Assembly (NCBI GenBank): GCA_030141605.1
Contig: JAQGDQ010000050.1
Coordinates: 135,971-199,970 of the forward strand
Origin: Tubiluchus corallicola
Lineage: Eukaryota; Animalia; Priapulida
Direction: 5' to 3'
DNA: 64,000 nucleotides
This document shows, piece by piece, positions 48,773-64,000 of the stretch; the first letter of the stretch is position 1; each line of letters starts with the position of its first letter. A program made the translations under genes and the position numbers. The notes beneath the pieces are model-generated. The model worked only from the letters and a program-made list of their open reading frames with translations. It was not told the DNA's origin and searched no databases.

Positions 48773-49829
48773 CGTTGTTTCTGTTGACTAAAAACCGCTC
48801 AATAACGTTAAAAGGTATGCAAGTTACTAACGTGTCCATAAACGCTTGCTTAAACTCCTTAATTCTGAAAGCATAAACAAAGGCATTTGCAAAAGAATTT
48901 AGATAAGCAAAAATTGATGAATACAAGAAAAGGTTGCTATCCGCTTCAAAATTAACACACGTGGTGGCTGGACACAGGGCATATACTATGACGAGAACAT
49001 GGAATGGAGTCCATGTAAGTATAAATAAGCCCAATACAAGTACAAGCGTTTTTACAAGTTTTAGCGAACTTTTGGCGGCTGTTCCTACTTTGCTTTTTTG
49101 CAGGGTCAATCTGACTGGACCATCTCTTGATCGCAGACTAGGATCATCTGAAGTTAGCTGTGCGCCAGCTCGAGACAGTGCGGACGGTACAGTGCTTGAT
49201 ATCGCAGGGCCGGGGATTCTCATTGCTGAAATTGCTCGCAGGTGTCTCGTTGTTTCCTTCACAATAAGCACGTACATAACTATGACAACAGTTAATAAAG
49301 CCATGACCACTAAGGCATTTGAGCACCAAAAGGTAGCCAAAACTCCACTAACTGATAAACAATGTCTCCGAAAAGACTTGTCAAACAAAAGATACGTTGC
49401 TATACCAAACACGGTTCCGATCATCCAGGACACCACTATGGCACCTCGTATAATATTTTCTGAGACTATTGCACAATGTCTCAATGGATAGAAAACTTTT
49501 AAATATCTTTCCAGAGAAATCAAGAAGTATGCGTAGATAGAAGTTAGGCAGGCTGTTGCGACACATGTCGTGGAAATTTTGCACCATTTCCAAGAATTCT
49601 GTAAGTTCCATCGATAAATGAACACTTGCAGCAAAATATTAAATCCAACGAGTAAATCAGCTGCCGATAAATTTAGAATGAAATAGTACGTAACACTCCG
49701 CAGTCTGGAATTTTTCGCAATCACAAGTATAACAAAAGCATTACTGCTGATAACAGTGACAGACAAAAAGCCATAAGTGCCAACTATAAAAACGGGAAAG
49801 TCATTAATAATTGTTTGTGAATCATTCAT
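48762..49829 (-). CDS. Single-exon class A (rhodopsin-like) GPCR, adenosine-receptor-like/orphan, 355 aa
   Basis: Seven hydrophobic segments; TM1 SN, TM2 NLSAADL, TM3 SLERY, TM4 W, TM6 FILTWTP, TM7 NSFANAFVY, helix 8 KEFKQAF. Confidence 0.95.
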   Translation of the reverse strand: MNDSQTIINDFPVFIVGTYGFLSVTVISSNAFVILVIAKNSRLRSVTYYFILNLSAADLLVGFNILLQVFIYRWNLQNSWKWCKISTTCVATACLTSIYAYFLISLERYLKVFYPLRHCAIVSENIIRGAIVVSWMIGTVFGIATYLLFDKSFRRHCLSVSGVLATFWCSNALVVMALLTVVIVMYVLIVKETTRHLRAISAMRIPGPAISSTVPSALSRAGAQLTSDDPSLRSRDGPVRLTLQKSKVGTAAKSSLKLVKTLVLVLGLFILTWTPFHVLVIVYALCPATTCVNFEADSNLFLYSSIFAYLNSFANAFVYAFRIKEFKQAFMDTLVTCIPFNVIERFLVNRNNAVA

Positions 49830-51189
49830 TCCGCTGTTTTGTGCTTTGCTAAGCAGACCTATACAAATACTTGCTGATATATCTTCAGATGTCTAAGCAA
49901 CTATGATGTTCAAGTTACAAAGCCCAATATAGTTTTAGGAAAGAAGAACTTAAAAGTCGGAGTGAGAATATATTACCTCAGCGCTTGTTCTCCTGTCATA
50001 CTAAGCAGTTACGACCTCTGCTATTTTTCAGCTTAATGAAGAAAGATGTCATTATTTCCACGGATCTTTGCATTACTGTGCAATTATTAACACGCATCTT
50101 TCCAACCCTGTGACTGCGTGATGTGTCACGAAAGTAACATTTCGGTATTGTGAATTACCGCTCTGTTCTTTCTAATACCTAATATTGAACGCATGAAAAC
50201 TGCGCAGGTCGTCTGACGCTTTCACGGCACGGCATTTGTCAGAGACGGTACATAGTTTTACGATAGACGATAGACAAAGTTTTATGAAAGAAAGAACTTT
50301 TATTAAAAACTTTAAAACATAAAAAATATTAAAATCATGATAAAATTTTTCGACTGCATAGCCTAGCAATCATTTTCGAGTTTAAATAATGAACAAAAAT
50401 ATGTTCAAATGCAATCTGATTCAAACTTTAGTATGTCACCATTAACATATCAGAAATATCGTATTGTAAAGAAGTTGACACTATAGAAGTTAATATCTAA
50501 CAGATTCCTAATATGGTTAGTTGACTTAACCACCAAAAAACATCTTGATAAAGTTTTTCTAAAAAAATCACCGTACAGTCTGTTTCTAAAAAATAATGTA
50601 ATTACCTATACACTCCTCATTGTAATCATTGGTCTTCAGCCTTTGTAAGTGAAGAAAAAGATCGTCATAGTTAAGCAACTTTACTCTCATGTTCCTCATG
50701 TTCAGTTACTTATTATTTTAAAATCTTGCAATAGTTTTTAAGTTCTTTCTTTCCTTTTAAAGACAATATACCCACATTCTTACAATCTGGTACAGTTTAC
50801 AAATTTCAGATGACTTACCACCCTGTGCAGTCGAAACGTATGTCATGGTTTTAATACTTTTATTTTTTAATGTTTCTAGTAAAAGTTGTTTCTTTCACAA
50901 TACTATAGAGTGCCTGTATAAATTGGCTTAGATACAGTTTTATTATCAATAAGCAACAATTTTTTCAAGTTAGGAAGAGTGCATATCTAAAGTATAGACC
51001 TATTGGAAGCACTGGCCAAAGGCTTTGAACAGACAGATGGAAAATAAACAAAACAACTTTGAATTTGAGACAGCAACAAAGCAATAATAAACAATAAAAT
51101 CCGTCTTTATTTTATTTGCAAAACTGAAATTACTGTAAGTTATTTTTTTAAATCCTGCCTTTTCCCAACCTTATCATTCAAATCAAGAT

Positions 51190-53530
51190 AAGGTGGTCTC
51201 ACCTGTATCAAACACGACGGGTTAAAGTATATAGATAAACATTCTGCAGCAGAAATTGGTTCCCTCCTACCTGTTGAAGAAGTTTAATCCTCAGCTTGTA
51301 TGTGACGTTTTCAAGGAGCACAAGAAATTTGAGATTTTTGCTACAATATTTGGAAACGAGGAGACGGAGAACATTCAAGAGCTGATTGTTAACAAAATGA
51401 ACATTAAGCCACTTAGTGTACATAAATTACAAACTAAACATAGCAGCTATAACTCTTCTGTCATTACGTGTAATGTGTCTGACAATGTATGCCCAGTAGG
51501 CTCGTTTGTGAGGAAATTTGTACCTAACAAATCGAAACCAGTTGTGGTATATAGACGAAACCGTTCTCAATGTTGTAGCGTAAATAATTGCATTATTTTT
51601 GATTCTGGTACAGAGAACAATTTACTTAGAATTGCAACGTACAACTGCAATTTTATACGCAATCCCAGTGTCTTTTAACTATTAAAACTATCTGTGATAT
51701 TGCTGACATAGTTTGCATACAATGTTTTCGCAACAGGATCTATGTTTTTTTAACAATCTTCACGATAAATTTTGTGCTCAGGGTCATCTCCAGTAAATCT
51801 GGGTCTACTCTGCGGTACGTCCTTTAATATTAAGGTTTACATTTAGGAATTTATTGAATAAAATATTTCGTTACATGCATATTAAGAAACCAGATTTTAA
51901 TGTGGACTTTGTTATAGTTAACGTGTATTTACCATGTGAGACGCCTGAAAATGATGATTTGTTTTCAGAGTATCTTGGCAAACTTGATTCCCGTATCTTA
52001 GATATTAATTTAGTGTGTATTGCAGGTGATTTTAACGCTAATTTTACTAGACATTATAGTACACTTTTAAGTAATGTGTGTCGTGAGAATGGTTATTTTA
52101 TACCCGATCAGCTGTTGCTTCCCGAGGATTGGTTTACATGTATGAGTAGTGCCCATAATTCAGGCTCTTGGTTATACCATTGTGTTTATACTTATGCCTT
52201 CCACGAAGGTACTATAGATGATCACTTACGATCGTTTTCCTGTGACTATTGCCATTAATTTTAATCAGTTATATTCTGCATACAGGCTCGGAAACAGTAG
52301 TACTGAAATAAGCTCTAAAGTTCTCACTAACTGTAATGATATTAGAAGATTATTCTAAGAATAGGGCATATGACTAAATACTTCGCTTATACAACGAGCT
52401 TACTGATGGTCTGTTTGACAATATTTCGATTCCCCTTGATGCTTTTTATATGTAACGGTAAATGTGAATCTCTTGAAAGCCATATTAATTTATTGACTAG
52501 ATTTTGCAATGATATTACTTCCACACTCGCAATCTGCTTACACTACAGCTATTCCGTTAAAATAACCACTCACGCAACTTTAATAATTTCAGACCATTAG
52601 CTGAATGGAATAATTACAAGCGTGATAAATATGAAAACTCCAGATCCGCTTTCCTATTATGGAAGATACAGAATTGCCCCGCCAAGGTGAGATATTTGAA
52701 GATATGAAGGTTTCACGACCTAATTTTGAGCTTGCCCTCAGGAATGCCCGTGCACAAGAATTGTCCACTCATAATGATAATTTTGCTCATACTTTAGTTA
52801 ATGAGATATCTTATAAGTTTTGGATTCAGATGAAAACTCATTGTAATAATACTATTCCAATCTTTGACAAAATTTATGATGCACACGGTGAAGAAAATAA
52901 TTGCTAACTCTGGAAGAGGCTTTACGAGCAATTACTGAATTCCGTGCCAAACACTATAACAGTGATTGGAACAGGTTGATAGTCTAGCTGGTGACAAGCA
53001 GGGCACATCAGAAATTATAAGCTTTATTAGTTCTCTAAAGGACATAAGACAAAAATTCAGAAAGGAATATAGTACTGAATTATGCATATATACACGTAGA
53101 AAGAGATACTACATACCTATAACAATAATAATTGTAGTCTTACATTGTGTGTCTAGTTGACGTCAGTAAGACATTTGATCGTGTGAGTCATACTCGATTT
53201 TTTAAGAAACTCTGTGCTCTTGGTGTTCCTTTTTCAGTTTTGCCTATATTGATATATTGCTATACTTCTGATTATTTTTCTGCGTCAAATGGCCTGAGAC
53301 AAGTTGGAGTTCTTTCTCCCTTGCTTTTCGCAAAAATTTATGACCTTTCAAAATATCTGTTGAGTGAAAAAATCCAACTTGACGCACTGGTGAAAATGCA
53401 ATTAATTAATGTATGCGGACGATTTATGTCTCGTAGCTCCTTCTGTACAAACTCTGAAAAGACTTTTTACCGTAAGTGAAGAAGACGTTGTTGAAAATGA
53501 TATCGTTTTCAATGTAAAAGGACAAAATGC
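51190..53530 (+). mobile_element. Decayed non-LTR retrotransposon (LINE): ORF1 tail + APE endonuclease + reverse transcriptase, with frameshifts
   Basis: ORF1-like KLQTKHSSYNS...PVGSFVRKF; APE motifs LRIATYNC, IVNVYLP, CIAGDFNA; RT motifs LVDVSKTFDRVSH and NGLRQVGVLSPLLF. Confidence 0.9.
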
Positions 53531-54394
53531 ATCTATTTTTTTACCACCCAGTCCACGGTATATTCTCCCTTGGCGGACGTACGTTTAGGACGAATCGTGT
53601 AAATAGGCCGTTACGGTTCTTTGCGGAAGACATATCCAAGAGACATTATTACGCATTAATGTATCAAGTTTGTTTTGCTCGAATAGGATCTTTAATCGGC
53701 CGAGACTGGCTGGCCACTATTAACGCAAAAACACAAAAAAATACTTCCATTTTCTTGTCATCGCAATACAATACTGGGCGCAGTGGGTTGCGTATTATAA
53801 ATATGGATGCTTCTCTTTCCTATCAGTCTTAAGTTTGCTAACTTCGCTTATTTGGCCTTGACTAAGGTTGTTCCGATCTTAGATGGAAGCAGAATCTTAC
53901 AAAAGTGGCCGGCGTGCCTGTATTGCGATGGAAGATTTCTGACTCCTGATGCTATTACATCATCAGTCATCATATTATATCAGTCATTACAAACATCTGA
54001 CCTTGTCAGGAATACTGCAACAGCATTTTGTAACTTTGACTCACTTGACAGATTTTAAAAATGGCATTGTCAATCTCAGTGGGTTTGATTTGTGTCAAAC
54101 ATACCATTGAAAGTCATCGATCGATTGATCATAGCACGTTTGAAATGAAAAACGGCTACTTATAAATGCAGTTTTTTCTTCTGGGTCCCTTAGATGTTGA
54201 ATTCTTTAGAGAAAATTATTTCCCCGATAACTGCTGTCACATTCGTTCGTTCAAAAAATTGTTCATTGTTCAGAGGTACAGATATCTGCTATTAGTTATT
54301 GATAGCAAACAATAGTTACGAGAATTTTAATTTTGGACGTGCATTAATACTGCAGCCATTATACGCCGAGTGGCCACCAATCTTGTTTGGGGCG

Positions 54395-54395
<1 letters not shown>

Positions 54396-54457
<62 letters not shown>
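54396..54457. repeat. (TA)n microsatellite
   Basis: Directly visible. Confidence 0.97.
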
Positions 54458-54458
<1 letters not shown>

Positions 54459-55957
54459 CAAGACGAATATATATATACGACTTATTTCGAATTACTGTAA
54501 TACAATAGATTCAGTTAGATGTATAAATAAATAAATAAAAAAACAATATTCGGTTAGTAGTTAGAAAACTCACATCTTACACAAATAAAAAGCGCCATAA
54601 CGACGTGTACAATTGTACACGCGATATTGAATTTGATTTTGTGTTACAGGATCACAATTATTCGCAACATAAGTATTGTAGGATATGATTTAACTGTTAA
54701 TTGTATAAAAAGGAAAAATCACGTCTGCTTAAGTCGTTTAAAGCATCTAGAACAAATGAACGACTGAAGCTCCGAGCCCATGTCAGCTCTCTAGCTTTCT
54801 TAGATATGAATCCTTTAATTTTTAAAAATCACGTTTGTCGTAGTTACCAAAAATATTTACATTTAGTAAATTGCAGACTGTAACCTTATGTTGAATGCAT
54901 AGAATTTTTTGTATTTTTTGGAAAAAAGTTCACAAGCTTATTACTGCTATTAATGAATAGCATTAATAATTTTACAAATCTGATTTCAAACTGGGTACTT
55001 AGACGAAGCACACCTGACAAATGGGGTAACAAAAACTTATGAGTCCGGTACGGTAAAAAATGTCTACGAGCATCGTACTCATATATTTATTAGCTAAGAA
55101 GGATATAAGTAAATAATGTGCCAGATGACTAATAATCAAAACAGGCTTTTGTCACATTATCATTTGTTCTGGTGGATGCATGGCAATTCTACGGAGTGGT
55201 ACATACCTTTTGGTTGGGTGAGGAGCTAATATGACAAAAACAACGAGTAATAACATAGAATAATTTATTACATCAAAGTATTGTTCAAACAATTGTGAAT
55301 CTAACATGCCTTCAACATATTTGTACGAAGGTCTCATACATCTCAAGAGGCTTGCAATCCTGAGGGGTATGATCCAGGCGGTGACCTGACAACTCTAGAG
55401 TTAATTTTTTTGATTGAATTGAACAGCTTGGACATTCACCAAATCTCAATTCCGCCAAACACATTGGAGCGAAATTTTGAATAACGATTGAAATTTTTTG
55501 AAAATGCTTTGATGTAATAAATTGTTCTGTACTACTACTATTCGTTGGTCTTGGTACCCCCTAGAAAAAGGTTATGTACAACTATATATTTTGTAAGTTT
55601 ATTCTTTCAAAAATTAGTACTTACAGCTAATAGATGATGGTATTTATTATTAAAACGCATGAAATTATTTTTTCGTGTTTTATGCTAATCAGCTTGTTAA
55701 CCTTGACCGTGTGGACCACATTAACATTGTCGTCGCCTTGAACACGAAATGTCAACACATTCGTGACATTTTCTATACGTTTTCTCTAAGGTTGATGCAT
55801 GACGCTTAATGCATTGGCCAATGCCATTCATACATATTAGCCTGGATGCCAAGCGTGATAACTCGAGGCTGCCGCACAGTCGCAGTCAAGTTAATCATAA
55901 AGATGTTGTGAGATTAGTGTTCATTAAACCGCTTAGGTTAGTAAGAAATAGACTATC

Positions 55958-63770
<7,813 letters not shown>

Positions 63771-64000
63771 ATTATTTCTGGCATCTGCTACTAGCAGCAA
63801 TGTAGCATTTGTTTGCTTTTATCATTCCGAATTTTTAGCACAAAGAGTTTTAATTGGTTTCAACCTTCATATTACAAATATCGTACATTTGTGTGTACGT
63901 CTGCTGTTTGTGCTCTTTATAAGCATTATTGATGCTTATAAGTGCTTTTGTACTGACAATTAAAGTCAAATAATCACATTGTATCTTGTTTTGTGTGATC

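Noticed and set aside
48934-49611. 185-aa antisense ORF and short overlapping ORFs in the GPCR
   Set aside because: Shadow frames with no recognisable motifs

Overview
This is AT-rich, intron-containing animal (probably invertebrate) genomic DNA with no prokaryotic features. I reconstructed four protein-coding genes by hand. (1) A 10-exon Dok-family adaptor (PH + IRS-type PTB + Pro/Tyr-rich tail, ~607 aa, minus strand, 3038-14603). (2) A complete 10-exon PP2A B55/PR55 regulatory subunit gene (447 aa, minus, 18767-32262) with a U12-type minor-spliceosome intron. (3) A single-exon class A GPCR (355 aa, minus, 48762-49829). (4) A GT31 beta-1,3-galactosyltransferase-like gene (plus, ~55958-63770). 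The rest is transposon debris and simple repeats: a hAT fossil and three hAT-type MITEs with 8-bp TSDs, a decayed LINE, a Helentron-like element nested in a MITE, tRNA- and 5S-derived fragments, tandem duplications and microsatellites. The most notable observations are a minimal hammerhead-ribozyme motif at 46739-46794, a GPCR stop codon lying inside a transposon-like terminal repeat, the minor intron carrying a MITE, and a coding minisatellite in the Dok tail. I did not find convincing evidence of a new multi-gene system. All exon structures and family assignments come from reading the sequence and recalling motifs; no database search was run.
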